Assembly: GCA_051294375.1 (NCBI GenBank)
Contig: CM119264.1
Location: 15,463,473 to 15,527,472 of the forward strand
Length of the DNA: 64,000 nucleotides
Direction: 5' to 3'
From: Paraspadella gotoi
Lineage: Eukaryota > Animalia > Chaetognatha
The notes beneath the pieces were generated by a model. The model did not search any database. It was not told where the DNA came from and worked only from the letters and a program-made list of their open reading frames with translations. Positions 52,079-64,000 of the stretch are shown in pieces. Position numbers and translations under genes: made by a program. The number at the start of each line of letters is the position of its first letter. Position 1 is the first letter of the stretch.

Positions 52079-53282
52079 TTAAATAAAAATAAATTATTAA
52101 GAAAAGTGATTTTTTTTAAATTTTAAAAATTATAACTTTTTTAACCAATAATCCTTTTTTAAAAATTCTTTCAGCAAAACAAAGGCAATTATTTCTTTAT
52201 TCAATTCGCCATAATTTTTTTTACAAAATATTTCACAACATTGTTAAAAATATCATTTTTTAACAGTTTTATCAAAAATTGACCAAAACAATAGGTTTTA
52301 AAAAAAAAATTTTCTTAGTAAAAAACTAACTTAATTTATAATGCGAGGTATGTAACATAGTCAATTTTTTCCACTCTACAAGATAGTTTGGGTTTCGTCC
52401 CTCTAGCAAATAAAGCTTTTAAAGATTATTTAGCAAAAAGTCCCATTTTTTTTAACCAATTTTATTTTTTTTCATTTTTTTTCAAAGTTAGCAGCATTTA
52501 CTGTAAATTTTTTTTTGAAAAAAAATTCATATGATATATGGGCACCTTTTACATATTTTGATTTCAAAACTTTTCATATATGGCAAGGTCTATTACTCAG
52601 TTAATGAGATTAGATAAACAATCATTGAAGAAACCATGTCTTACCGTGTTTTTAACTCATAGAAATTTACCTGGGAAGTTCTAAGTGATAAGAAGGAGAT
52701 AACTTGAGACTACCGTTTTTTTAAATGAAGTAAGCTTCATACTAACTAATGAGATCAAGAAAGATGGTAATTATTGAAGTTCAGATTTCGTTGTTTAAAG
52801 ACATCGATCATACGTGGAGCCTAATCAGATGATAAATGACGATAATTCTTCCAATTTGTGATCCTCACTGATCATAACAGATCGTACCATAACAAATCAG
52901 TAATAAAAACAAATAATTTTTTAACTTGCATCATTTTTTAAATTCGCATCAATATTTCAACTTGCATCATTTTTTCAACTTCCAAAATTTTTGCAACTTG
53001 CATCATTTTTTCACTTTAATTTATTAATTAATAAATCAATTAATTAATAAAATTATGAGAAAGCTTAAACAATAAAAATTCAAGACAACTTGACTTTGGT
53101 TTTTTCCATGAAAACTCATTTTCACTCGCAAGATTCCATCGAAACTTTATATCAAGCTCAATCATACACTTCCCTACCCACACACAAAATTTCATTTCAA
53201 TCCAACCATCCAATCATAGTAATTAGAGTTTATTGCTAAGGGGGGACAGATAGATGGACATCATTTTTTTTTGCATAATTTA

Positions 53283-55182
53283 TAGAGCTCCCAGAAATAC
53301 CATGCATTTTTGAAAGTTCCTGATACCTGCAATGTTTCTTGTGCCAAATTTAGTGGAGAAAACGAATATCACAATAAAAAATTTCCCTGAATGTTCTTCA
53401 AGGATTTTCCACGCCAGTTTTTGCGTCGAACCACTTCCGGTTTTAAAAATTCAGGATTTTTGGAAACAAATAAGCTGTTATTCAGCCAAAATACTTGAAT
53501 TAATCAAAATGAAGTTACCAATAACCTTAATATTACATTTTTTGTTTTGGTTTATAAATAAGGTTATAAAAATATTATCACAAAAGACTTCAAGTTAAAA
53601 ATTCAGAATTTTTAAAGCCAAATTTGCCCTGACCAAACCATTCCACTAATTTTAATAAAATTTTACTACCTGGTTAAACAAATAGAACTGTCTAAGGGAT
53701 TTTAAGTCTTTAATTTTTAAACCAAGATATTCGCCTTTAAAAAGTTTACTAAGTGATGCAAAAAGAAAGTATTAAAGACTTAATGTTAATCAGTTTCACT
53801 GGCTTGGGTAGCTAACCTAACCCTAGCCATAACCCTAACGTGGGGTTCCTGTCTCATGCCAAGTCTAAATCTCCCCTAACCTTAACCTAAGCTAGTGAAC
53901 TTCCTGCTCAACCTTAACTCCAAACCGGTCCCTGATCCAAACCCAAACCAGTTTCCCTGGCTGGTGACATGTGCAGAGACCCACTTCCTTAACCCTAACC
54001 ATAACCGAGGCCTTCTGTTTTATATTATGCCAAAACTCTAACCCTTTATCACTCCAGAGCCTCTCCACCACCCCTCACGTCAGCCTGAGGTTCACCTCTG
54101 AGCCTCAACTCTAACATTAACATCTGTCATGCAAGCCTCTCCCTCAACAATATCACTAGCTCAGGCATTCTTGCTTCCTGGCCATCAATAAGGCCAAACT
54201 TTAATCCTTAATTTCCTTCTCCAGTACCATCCCTAACCCTAACCCAAGCTTGCTGTCTTTTTCTGAGCCTGTCCAAATTGCAAAATCGCATTACTTAATC
54301 ATGGCAAACTGGCCAATAGGGTGGAGTGATGAAAAGATTGAGCGATGGAACAATGTTTTTTTGCTGCCTTTGTATATGTAATATAAAATAATTAAGCCCT
54401 TTTTCAAAAAAAAATTGCATAACAGTATCATTAATTGAATTTTTTTTATAGTAATATCCTTATAAAAGAATAAAATTTCAAAATCATATTTTTTTAATTT
54501 TAAGAACAGTTTTGGATTCGCCGGAAAAAACTGAAAAACTTTTGTAAAATATGATACATGATATTTTTAGGTTAAAGCTGCGAAAAATGACCAAAATGTT
54601 TCATAATATAATAGTTTCTACGACAAAGTGTAAAAAAGTGAATTTGACCTGTTTTTTTTATTTTTGACGCTGAAGATATTAAAATTTTTTATAACATATT
54701 TTATATTTTTGATCTAACTTTTTATAAAGAATCAGAATCTTTAATAAAAATTAAAAAAAAAATATTTTAAAAATTTATGATTTTATAAGAATATTATTAT
54801 AAATATATTGTAATAAATGATACTGTTCCTCAAACAATATAAGCAAAATATTTTTTATACTCCTTAATCATATTATCTCATATCTAAATATCCTTGTTTG
54901 ATCACTCAAATCAAATTTATGTTCCCCAGTGCTCCACTCTACTGGCCAAATAATAAATTTGCTGTTAGCTATATTTGTGCCATTAAGGTTGAGTACCTTA
55001 AGGTTAATTTTTAAGTTAGGAGTAGGGCAAGGCTTGGTGACAGACAGGAGGCCTGAATAAGGGTTAAGGTTGGGAAAGGTACTAGCTAAGGATTTTAGGG
55101 ATTAAGGTTTAGTCTTGGCAATGGTTATAAGGCTAGGTTAGGATTGAACTTTCACAAATGCATTGTATTTCTGGGAGCTCTA
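53283..55182. mobile_element. Non-autonomous hAT element, copy 2 of the 1.9-kb family (right arm mostly deleted)
   Basis: TAGAGCTCCCAGAAATAC...GTATTTCTGGGAGCTCTA with 8-bp TSD ATAATTTA (53275-53282 / 55183-55190). Homologous to 2124-4056. Confidence 0.9.
54317..54941. mobile_element. 625-bp hAT MITE nested in the 1.9-kb hAT
   Basis: TIRs TAGGGTGGAG / CTCCACTCTA and 8-bp TSD CTGGCCAA (54309-54316 / 54942-54949). The empty site is visible in copy 1 at ~2915-2922. Confidence 0.85.
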
Positions 55183-55357
55183 ATAATTTATCATAATTTG
55201 ATGTTCTGACATGATTTAAGAGATTGCCCGACAAGATTGAGGGAGGGACCGATGGACCGACAAAGCGGATTATAGAGTCGGGATCTGCTCCGACTAAAAA
55301 GTTTGTTCACTTTTATAATTTTAGCCTTACCGCACTCCTTTACTGTACTGATTGCAG

Positions 55358-55663
55358 ATAGCGCAACTCCTTCACGACGCCGCGCAAGTGTACGCGCCTC
55401 TGAGACCCTTCGCCGTAATGTCATTGAGGCGGGCGAAGACGACGACTACCGCGTATACGATGACGAAGACGACGATCCAGATTTTCAGACTGGCAACGTA
55501 TCTTCTAAGAAGCGCCTCGATTTTGGTGAAGCGCCCCAAAAATCTAGAAAAAAGTCTTGCGAAGATACCGCCCTCTTTGAAGACTCGTTCGGTGCCGACT
55601 TCGGAGAAGAGGAGCCGACTTCGATCAAACAAGAGCAGAAACCAAAGCTGTCTTCCTTTGACT
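55358..55663 (+). CDS. Internal exon of the C2H2 zinc-finger gene (acidic, DSATPSRRRAS...KPKLSSFD)
   Basis: ttgcag acceptor and gtaaga donor. Phase 1 at both ends, and it joins 60765 in frame (T+TG = Leu). Confidence 0.8.
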
Positions 55664-55782
55664 GTAAGAATCTATTTGTTGTTGAAGAGACATCACATGC
55701 ACAGGAGATAATTTTTTTTTTATTATTAATACCAAAAACAGTATTGACAAAATTAGAAACAGTATCAGTGTAAAAGACTAGT

Positions 55783-56008
55783 AACAAGTTTGAGCAAACA
55801 ATGTCGGATCTGCCGACGATAATTAATTAATTAATTAATCGATTAATAAATTAGTTAATTAATTTTAATATGTAATAATTAATTTTTAAATTTATATCAA
55901 CTTATCATCATCGATGTCCTTAAAATTGGGTTAGGACAGTTATTAAATATGTTTTGTTTACATTTTATCAAAACAAACAGATATCCTCTATTTTATTTTA
56001 TGTCTCCT

Positions 56009-56059
<51 letters not shown>

Positions 56060-59000
56060 ATGCAATTGCGACAATCTTTATGCTTTTAAGATTTTTTTAA
56101 CTTGCATCATTTTTTCACATTAATTAATTAATTAATTAAACATTTATTAGTAATCATTAATATTAAAGATTCAAATAAATGTGACTTATGTTTTTTCCAT
56201 CTAAACTCATTTCCACTGGCACAATTCCGTCAAAACTTAAATTATTATATATTAATAAATATTTAAAAGCTTCAGTGCAACAACCCAATGAACTATTCAA
56301 AAAGTTACATTGAAAATCGATAGTAGTAAAAAGGGAAAAAAAATTTTAAAGAGAACTAGAATATATAAAAAGTTGCAATTTTGGCCCGCCTTACTAGATA
56401 TTAGGCCAACAGGTTAAAAACTAAGATTCTCTCAAAATAATAATGGTTAAGCGACTATTAAATAATATGAAAATAAAATAATTTTAAATTGCTTATCAAT
56501 TTTTTTTATAGATTCTGATAAGACTTTAAAAGTTGGATAAAGGTTATTAATACAACTTTTTAAAATTTTTTCGTTTTATTAATAAAAATTTAAATAAATA
56601 AAATTCAGCCAATAATGATGATGATGATGATTTTTTAAGGTTTTCTTATTTTTAACCAATTTATTGTCAAAATTTAAAAAATTATAGTACTAACTTTCAT
56701 TTAACTTTTTAAGCTCTACAAGAACCCGTTCTTAAAAAAATTACATTTTAAAAAATTTTTTTATCATTTGTTATATATTAATAAATATTTAAAAGCTTCA
56801 GTGCAACAACCCAATGAACTAATTCAAAAAGTTACATTGAAAATCGATTTAGTAGTAGAAGGAAAAAAAAAATTTTTGAAAGAACTAGAAGTTATAAAAA
56901 GTGTTTTGGCCCGCCTTACTAGATATATTGCATGTGATTAAAAAATGTTATCGGAATAATAAATTTATCAATTTTATGTATTTTGTAAGTATTTTAAGAT
57001 TTTTATTCAGTGAGTAAAATAACAACTTTTTATTCGCTAATTTTATCTCGGACTCTCTCTCTCTTGCAATTGCAACGTTCCTTATGCTCATTTTTCTGCT
57101 CTCTCTCTTTCTCTCTTTGCAATTGTAACGATCCTTATGCTCATTTTTCTGCTCTCTTCTCTCTTTCTCTCTCTCTCTCTCTTTTTGCATATTGCTGCAC
57201 GATCCTTATGCTTTTAGGATTTTTTTAACTTGCATCATTTTTCTGCTTGCATCATTTTTCAACTTGCATAATTTTTTTAAATTGCATCATTTTTTCAAAT
57301 AATTAATTAATTAATTAATAAAAACAATATTTAGTAATCATAAATTAGTAATCATAAATAATAAAGATTCAATAAAAGTCTTGTTTCTCATTTAAACTCA
57401 TTTCCCTGGCACAATTCCGTCAAAACTTATATATCTAGCTTCTTCACACACTTTCCTACCCGCTCACAAAATTTCATCTCAATCTATTATGGGTTAAAAT
57501 AAGTAAAAAGATTCAAGTAAATGTGACTCATATTTTTTTCATTTAACTCATTTCCACTCGTACGTTTCCACCGAAACTTTATATCAAGCATCGTTACACA
57601 TTTTTCTACCCACACAAAAAATTTGAACTCAATCTATCCATCAAATTATGATAAGTAAAAATATTTTAGTAAATGCGACTTATGTTTTTTCCATTTAAAC
57701 TAATTTCCACTCACACGATTCCGTCGAAACTTTATATCCAGCTTTATCACACACTTTCCTACCCACACACAAAATTTCATTCCCATCCAACCAGCCAATC
57801 ACGAGTTATTGGAGCTTTTTGCTAAGGTGGGACGGATGGACGGATTGATTGACTGATTAATTAGTGATTAATTAATTGACTAATTGATTAATTAAATGAT
57901 TAATTATTTGATTTATTATATCTCGCATATACATTTAATATAAAAGGAAAAAGAATCATAATCAATTAGTGAAACAGGTTTTTTGTTTTTTCCATTTAAA
58001 CTCATTTCCACTCAAATGATTCCTTCGAAACTTGGTTTCCCGTTCAATCACACACCTTTTCTACTCGCATCAAAATTCCAGAGTCAATCGATAATTAAGT
58101 GGTAATAAGCTAACTTGGTCAACTTGCATTATTTAATCAACTTGCATAATTCTACTGACATAATTTGTCTACTGACATAATTTGGTCAACTGACATAATT
58201 TGGTCAACAGGCATAATTTGGTCAACTGGCTAATTTGGTCAACTGGCCTTTTGGTCAACTGGCCTAATTGTGTCAACTGGCATAATTTGGTCAACAGGCA
58301 TAATTTGGATCAACTTGAGAATTTGATCAACTTGCAGAATTTGATCAACTTCGGTAACTCGAATTTGGTCAACTTAGAATTTGGTCAACTGCATATTTTT
58401 GTCAATTAGCATAAGTTGGTCAATCAATCAGAGAGAGATAGAGAGAGAGAAACTTTAAAAAATTCAAATAAATGTGTTCTTTGGTTTTCTAATTTGACTC
58501 TTTTCCACTGCTACGATTCCATCAAAAAATTTATATCCAGCTTTATCACATACTTTCCTACCCACACACAAAATTCAATTTCGATTTATCTATCCAATTT
58601 TTAATAAAACATAATAATTATGAATAAATTTAAGTAAAAATACTTCAAGTAAATATGACTTTTGTTTTTTCCATTTTAACTCATTTCCACTCGCAGGATT
58701 CCATCGAAACTTTATATCCAGCTCAATCACACACTTTCCTACCATCATACAAAATTTCAAGTCAATTGCCCTATCTACTCATGAGCAATTGGCGTTCAAT
58801 AGTGAAATATATTTTTTTGTTTTTTCCATTTAACCAATTTCCACTTGCACGATTCCCTCGAAACTTCATATCCATCTCAATCACACAACGTTTCCTACCC
58901 ACACACAAAATTTCATACCAATCCATCCATCCAATCACGAGTAATTGGAGTTTTTGCTAAGGGGGGGGACGGACGGACGACGGACATCGTTTTTTTTGCA

Positions 59001-59132
59001 TAATTAAATCATAATTCTGATGTTCTGACATGATATAAGTTTGTGCCCGACAATATTGAGGGGGCGACTGACGGACCGACAAAGTGGAATTATTAGGGTC
59101 GGGATCTGCTGATAAGCAGATCCGACTAAAAA
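55783..59132 (-). mobile_element. Full-length ~3.35-kb HINE/DINE-1-like Helentron derivative in the zinc-finger gene intron
   Basis: 5' TTTTTAGTCGGATCTGCTTATCAGCAGATCCCGAC (subTIR + IR hairpin), (GTCC)n, multiple ~170-bp internal units and an 18-bp array (58110-58420). The 3' end is GGCAGATCCGAC-ATT-GTTTG CT CAAAC-TTGTT. Confidence 0.85.
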
Positions 59133-59479
59133 CTAAACTATTTTAATTCAACAAAAACAAAAGACACTTACGTTTAAATGGACGCGTGAATAAAATGTTA
59201 TGAACTAATTCATAAGATACTATAAAATATAACGTTCAAGAACCTTCAAAATTCAAATTTTTAAACCAAAAAACATCCAAGTATAAAAAAGAAGCAACGT
59301 TAATAAAAAACAATTTTTCTAAGCATTTAATGCTTAGTGTATAACATATACTCAAAAATGTATAATTATAGTAAAGTAATTAATTAAAGTAAAGGGCAGA
59401 GGTACCACAATGCTATTAATAGGAATAAAAACTCCAATCAAAATATATATATATATATATATATACATATATATATAAG

Positions 59480-59722
59480 CACGCAAATCAACAGAAAGAG
59501 ACACTAATAAAAACAAAAGACGCTAATTAAAACAAAGAGACGATAAAAACGAAATGAGACGCTAACAAATACTCAAAAACCTATATCACGTAAGTGTAAG
59601 ATAAATCACGTATATAAAAACTAAGAGATGCTAATAAAAACAAAGACAATAAAAAACCAAGGGACGCTAATAAAAATAATGATAATAATAGTAAAAACAA
59701 AGACGCGAATAAACAAAGAGAT
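59480..59722 (+). repeat. Degenerate ~20-bp tandem repeat (AAAGAGACGCTAATAAAAAC)
   Basis: Repeated GAGACGCTAA(T)AAAAAC units. Confidence 0.55.
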
Positions 59723-60764
59723 ACTGTGGCGAATTCTCGGTTAGCGTCGCCACCTCTTTTCCACGGCGCTGATGAAACCTCTAGGCGGCGTTGGAATCAA
59801 AGAGTTTATCTGAACAGTTTTTCTGTTCTCTAAAATTGTCCGGAACAAAGTTCTTATTTTGTTCAGCTTAAAATCATTACCTTAATAAAATAATCAAAGC
59901 ATATAGATATTCGATTATATGGAATATCTATATGACTCAACAAGCAAAAGAAATAACATTAATACTAGGATAATAATCGTTTAACAATGTAGTAGAAGTT
60001 CTTTGTAAGAAGGCAAGGAAATAAAAGTGATTGCCATGAAAATTGTACTAGTGTTACCTAGTAAAACTATAAATGATTATAATGTTCTTTTGTTCCCACA
60101 TGATTATACTATCATGGTATAATAATTAGCACAATTGGAATATCTTATGTAAGGCACTGAGATGGTGAAAACCACTAACTTATAGATCGTAACTAAACAG
60201 TCCCGGGATTGAATCCCCGAGATGACTCTTTTTATTTTAGTTGGTTGGAAATTTAATAAGGCGGGATCGAATCCCACAATGCTAATAAAAAATATAAATA
60301 TGTGAAAATACAAGATACCCTCATTGATTAAATAAGTTCCAATAGCCAATTTTAACCCGTTTAAATAAATTTCCCCACTCTATAGTCCCATCCTCATTTA
60401 ATGAACTCGGTACATTACCCCATGAGATTCTTTTTTTAAAACTTCCCAATCTGCCACTTAATTTGGCCACCCAAATATTTTGTTCTAACTCCTTTCTCAC
60501 ATGAATAACAAATATTTTCCAGTCTTGAAAACAAAACTATAAAACTAAAATTTATTTATTTGAAATAAGATTTAATAAGACAGTTCCGTACGATATGTAA
60601 AAATTAATGGACAGTACCATTGGGACACAAGTAACGTCTGGTGAGCTCTTTATACTTTTAAGATTATTTTGTAAAGTCCAGATGAGTCGTTACCGGTTAC
60701 TATCATGGCTTTTAGTCATCCAATATATACGAAGTGATTAATTTTTCTTTTATATTTCCGCCAG

Positions 60765-62791
60765 TGTCATCGATTCGCGATCGTGCAAGTCCCGAGGCTG
60801 TCACTTTGGATGAGGAAGCCGACGACGAGAACATTGCGTCTTCTACAGACTCGCAGCGTACTGCATCAAAGCCGAAAAAAGTGCAAATGCAGCTTCGTTT
60901 CAAGTGTTTGGAAAAGACTTGCTCTAAAAAATTCATTACAAAGATAGCGCTCAATACTCACTGCAAAAAGAATCACTCTCAACTACTGAAACAGAGAGCG
61001 ATCAGAGAAGAGCAGGCCAAATTGGAGGCTCGTCGACAAAACTCTAGAGCTTCCAGTATGAAGAAGGCTTTAGAAGCCGCTTCTTCGCTAGGGAACCCTC
61101 TCGCTAGACGTGCTGCATCTCTAGCTAATTTTAACGGCGCCTCCACTTCGAACCTTTTAGCGATGACACGTCCTTCCTCTTCCTTTTCTTATGCGTTTCC
61201 ATCCACGAACGCCGTTCCTTTTCCCAATATTCGTCCCGCGCATGCGCAGTCGACGTCGGGTTCTTACTCAAGTCAAGCTCCTTCGGTAACCCCCGCTCCA
61301 TCATACTCCTCTTTAAAATCTACCCTATTGCGCGGCAATCCTGCGTACCTTTCTTCTTCGCCTTTCTCCACTTCCGGGTATGGGGCTATGACATCAAACG
61401 GCTTTGGGGCACCGCCTCGCTCCACGTTCGGGCTTGGAACATCTCCCTCCGCCCTTGTGCAAAGTCCAACGAAGGCGGTATCGACTCTTTCATCATCTCC
61501 TTTTCAGCGAGCGCCCTTTCATCAAAATTCATCGGTGAGGCCTGGATTCAGCCAAATGAGTTCTGTGCCCAGATCTCCTGGCTGGTCAACCGGCGTCGGA
61601 TATAATGGAAAGCAACAGCAATTTTCCCGTGCCCCCGGCGGTCCGTTGATTTCTCGACCTGGCGGGATCTCTCGAGGGGCGACGATGGGAGCTTCACCAT
61701 CCTCGCCACTTCAATCCAATCTTCGCTTTAAACGCGTTCACGCTAGTCACCTCCTTAATGCTCCCTCACCAGACGGAGCGCTAAGATCTAGCCCAACTAG
61801 CAACTCCCAATCTCCAAAAAAGCTTCTCAAAGACACGAACGTTTCCCCTCAGCACAAATGTCGCTTTTCATCATGCCGGGGAAAGCATTTTCTCACTGAT
61901 AGAGCACTTATATCTCATTACGCCAAGCACCACGACAAACAGCGCCGTCGACGGGTAAACCCAGAAATCCAACAGCCTTCAACAAAACTTAAGTGCGCCA
62001 AGTGCGACTTGAGCTTTCTTACCCAAGAAGGTCTTGACAAACATATAAAACGCGTTCACAAACGTAAAGAGGTTGTTGATGAATTCGATGATCGAGACGT
62101 AAAGACGGAGAATGTTGAAGACAACTTTGCAGTGATAAATCGTTCGGATACTGCCTCTCGATCTATAAAGAAGGAAACGGCGCCCGTTAAGCGTGAAGAA
62201 GAGGAAAAAATCTACTTCGATGATGATGACGACGACGACGCCTTCAACTTAGACGATATGAAGTTCGACTTTCTTAACGAAGACAGTAATGGCGAGGGCG
62301 ACGAATCAGTAACAACAAGTCAATCTGATGCCAGTTACATGCCAGAAGACTTCGCCGAATCCTCGAAACGAGGAAAGAGGGCCGAAAACTGTTATCCTTC
62401 TATGCCAGTGCGAGAAAACGATCAGTGGCGGACAGCCGCGGAAGGTGGACGGCGGGAAGGTCGAATCGAGAAGGAGGAGAATGTCGAGACAGAAATCAAG
62501 GAGGCGGAGGAGGAAGATGAGGAGCTGGAGAGAGAAATTGAAGTGGACGAAGAAGTATATGAGTCGACTTTGTACGAACAAAGGACCGAAAAGTTCGATC
62601 TGGAAGGAGATTCAGAGGCGGCATATAACTCGTTTGCCGAGGAGTACGTGCTGGCAGTTGGACTAAAACCATGTTATGTACCAATGGAGAAGCTCAACAT
62701 CCTTCCAGAATTTGTATTCAATTATAGCCGCATCATCAAGCCCAAAAAGCTGATGAAGGGCCAAAATAAATTTAGAGCTTCTCAGAAATGA
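60765..62791 (+). CDS. Terminal exon of a C2H2 zinc-finger protein (3 fingers, Ser/Pro/Gly-rich middle, acidic C-terminus)
   Basis: 685-codon ORF with acceptor tttccgccag at 60764. Fingers are CLEKTC-x12-HCKKNH, CRFSSC-x13-HYAKHH and CAKC-x12-HIKRVH. Stop TGA at 62789-62791. Confidence 0.92.
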
Positions 62792-63139
62792 ATTGTTTCT
62801 TCATAAGTACGTAAAATTAGTTCATAAGTTTGGACTAAACTTACCGAAAATAAATGACAAGTAACAACTGTATCAGTGTGTCATGTCTAGTCTCCCTGAA
62901 ATTATTTGGAAGCTAATATATTTCTAATATATTATAAATAGTAAATTCGTATTACAGACCTATGCAAAAAAAAAGAGGTAACTCTGAAACATTGCCCAAA
63001 TAAATCTTTTTAGATTACTTTATTATGAAAAATATTTTAGGTCAATAAACTTTATGGAAAAAGGAACCAATGGTGCAAATTTGGTTCAAATTTAACAATC
63101 AATTTGTAAGCAATGATTTTTAAAAAGTAACTTCTCAAA

Positions 63140-63700
63140 CAAACCAAAGAAAAATTTACATATTTTAACCTTTTGTGTTTAGGGTATTATATCTTTGGAA
63201 TGACTAGACCGATTTTTTTTAACAATACACATATGTATTCCTCTTTCAAAAATCAATTCGTTTTATGCCAAATTTTTTATGATACATGAATACAATGCGC
63301 AAAAATCAAGGCTGAATGGCACCCTCGGTTTTCCTCGGATCTTCCAAAATGTTTTTCCCCCCCATTTTGTTTTTAAACATTTGTCTTTAGGTTGCTATAA
63401 CTTTTGAATGGCTGGACCGATTTTTTTAAAACTTATACATACTTTTAAAAATCTACAGTCCAGTGCAAAAAAAAGAGGACACGCTTCAAAAATTAAGGCG
63501 CGCTCATTTTACGCACATACAATAAAAATTTATGAATTATAAATATAGATTTTGAAATGGAAAATTCATATTTGTAAGTTAAAAGAAAATCGGTCCAAGC
63601 ATTCAATAGCTATAGCTACCGAAAAAAAAGTGGTCCAAAAAAATTCGTTATTTAAGTCCCTTCAAAATTTAAAAAAATCTGCCAAAAACCGAAAATATTT
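63140..63700. mobile_element. Degenerate MITE-like DNA element fragment
   Basis: Inverted motifs GCTATAACTTTTGAATGGCTGGACCGATTTT (~63395-63425) and AAAATCGGTCCAAGCATTCAATAGCTATAGC (~63585-63617), with a related direct copy at ~63190-63215. Confidence 0.4.
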
Positions 63701-64000
63701 TTTAAGCCTTAATTTATGGGCACTGTATTAGTGCTTCGAGCCATTTTAAAACATTTTGGTCCATTGATAGTTTTTTCAGCAATGCATGTTTCATTTGGGA
63801 AGGTTTACAAATCAAACTTCTGAACCACCCTTTTGATATAGATTAGCCCTACCTATATGCATCAATCCCCCGAATCATTTATCAATATTTTCAGAGATTT
63901 TTTAATATGCTAGTAAAATGATACCTCATGACGCTAGTATCGCACTTTCTAAAACTTGCAAAGGATTATCAGATAATCGTGGTTTAACAATGTCATTAGA

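Larger units (their letters stand above)
45007..52600. mobile_element. Long-TIR (foldback/MITE) element whose two arms (45007-45807 and 52085-52600) are separated by nested insertions
   Basis: 52085-52595 is the reverse complement of 45020-45807 minus the 45475-45748 insert. A HINE and a 1-kb MITE lie at the centre of symmetry. Confidence 0.55.
52915..55300 (-). mobile_element. HINE copy interrupted by the 1.9-kb hAT
   Basis: 5' end TTTTAGTCGG at ~55300. The family sequence TTTTGCATAATTTATCATAAT is split exactly at the hAT TSD. Confidence 0.75.

Noticed and set aside
56245-56928. ~160-bp direct repeats as LTRs
   Set aside because: No TG..CA ends, PBS or TSD seen. It may be a local duplication or gap-fill overlap inside the HINE.
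58110-58420. Regular 18-bp repeats (also 7055-7280) as a CRISPR array
   Set aside because: Head-to-tail tandem units with no unique spacers, inside a eukaryotic HINE, and no cas genes.
59765-59800. CTGATGA as another hammerhead
   Set aside because: No stem II followed by GAAA. The same applies to CTGATGA at ~51753.
60150-60280. tRNA genes (GGATTGAATCC, GGATCGAATCC)
   Set aside because: Only B-box-like remnants, and no cloverleaf could be built.
60734-60764. ORF-track start of the 685-aa protein
   Set aside because: The start is a GTG within the polypyrimidine tract. The coding exon begins after the AG at 60764.

Overview
AT-rich, intron-containing eukaryotic DNA, most likely an invertebrate animal (inferred from short GT-AG introns and the transposon repertoire). 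About 12-49 kb is error-rich gap-fill with indels, N gaps, duplications and flipped segments. Genes: a C2H2 zinc-finger gene whose exons splice in phase (10654-10822, 55358-55663, 60765-62791), a frameshift-riddled but recognisable protein disulfide-isomerase gene (~22558-24868), a coiled-coil protein gene (~16625-19709), and several unidentified exon sets. Most of the rest is nested mobile DNA. hAT-type non-autonomous elements with 8-bp TSDs include two copies of a 1.9-kb family and a 625-bp MITE. A ~6.4-kb hAT-like element (7-8 bp TSD) carries an ORF-like cargo, and its empty site is also in the window. There are also DINE-1/HINE-like Helentron derivatives, a TRIM-like miniature LTR element, tRNA-derived SINEs, TA-TSD MITEs, and a palindromic Penelope-like fragment with two minimal hammerhead-ribozyme motifs. 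No CRISPR, rRNA or autonomous transposase was seen. I found no clearly new biological system; the most notable items are the cargo-carrying hAT with filled and empty sites, the TRIM, the hammerhead palindrome and the zinc-finger gene model. All coordinates were read by eye and are approximate in noisy regions.
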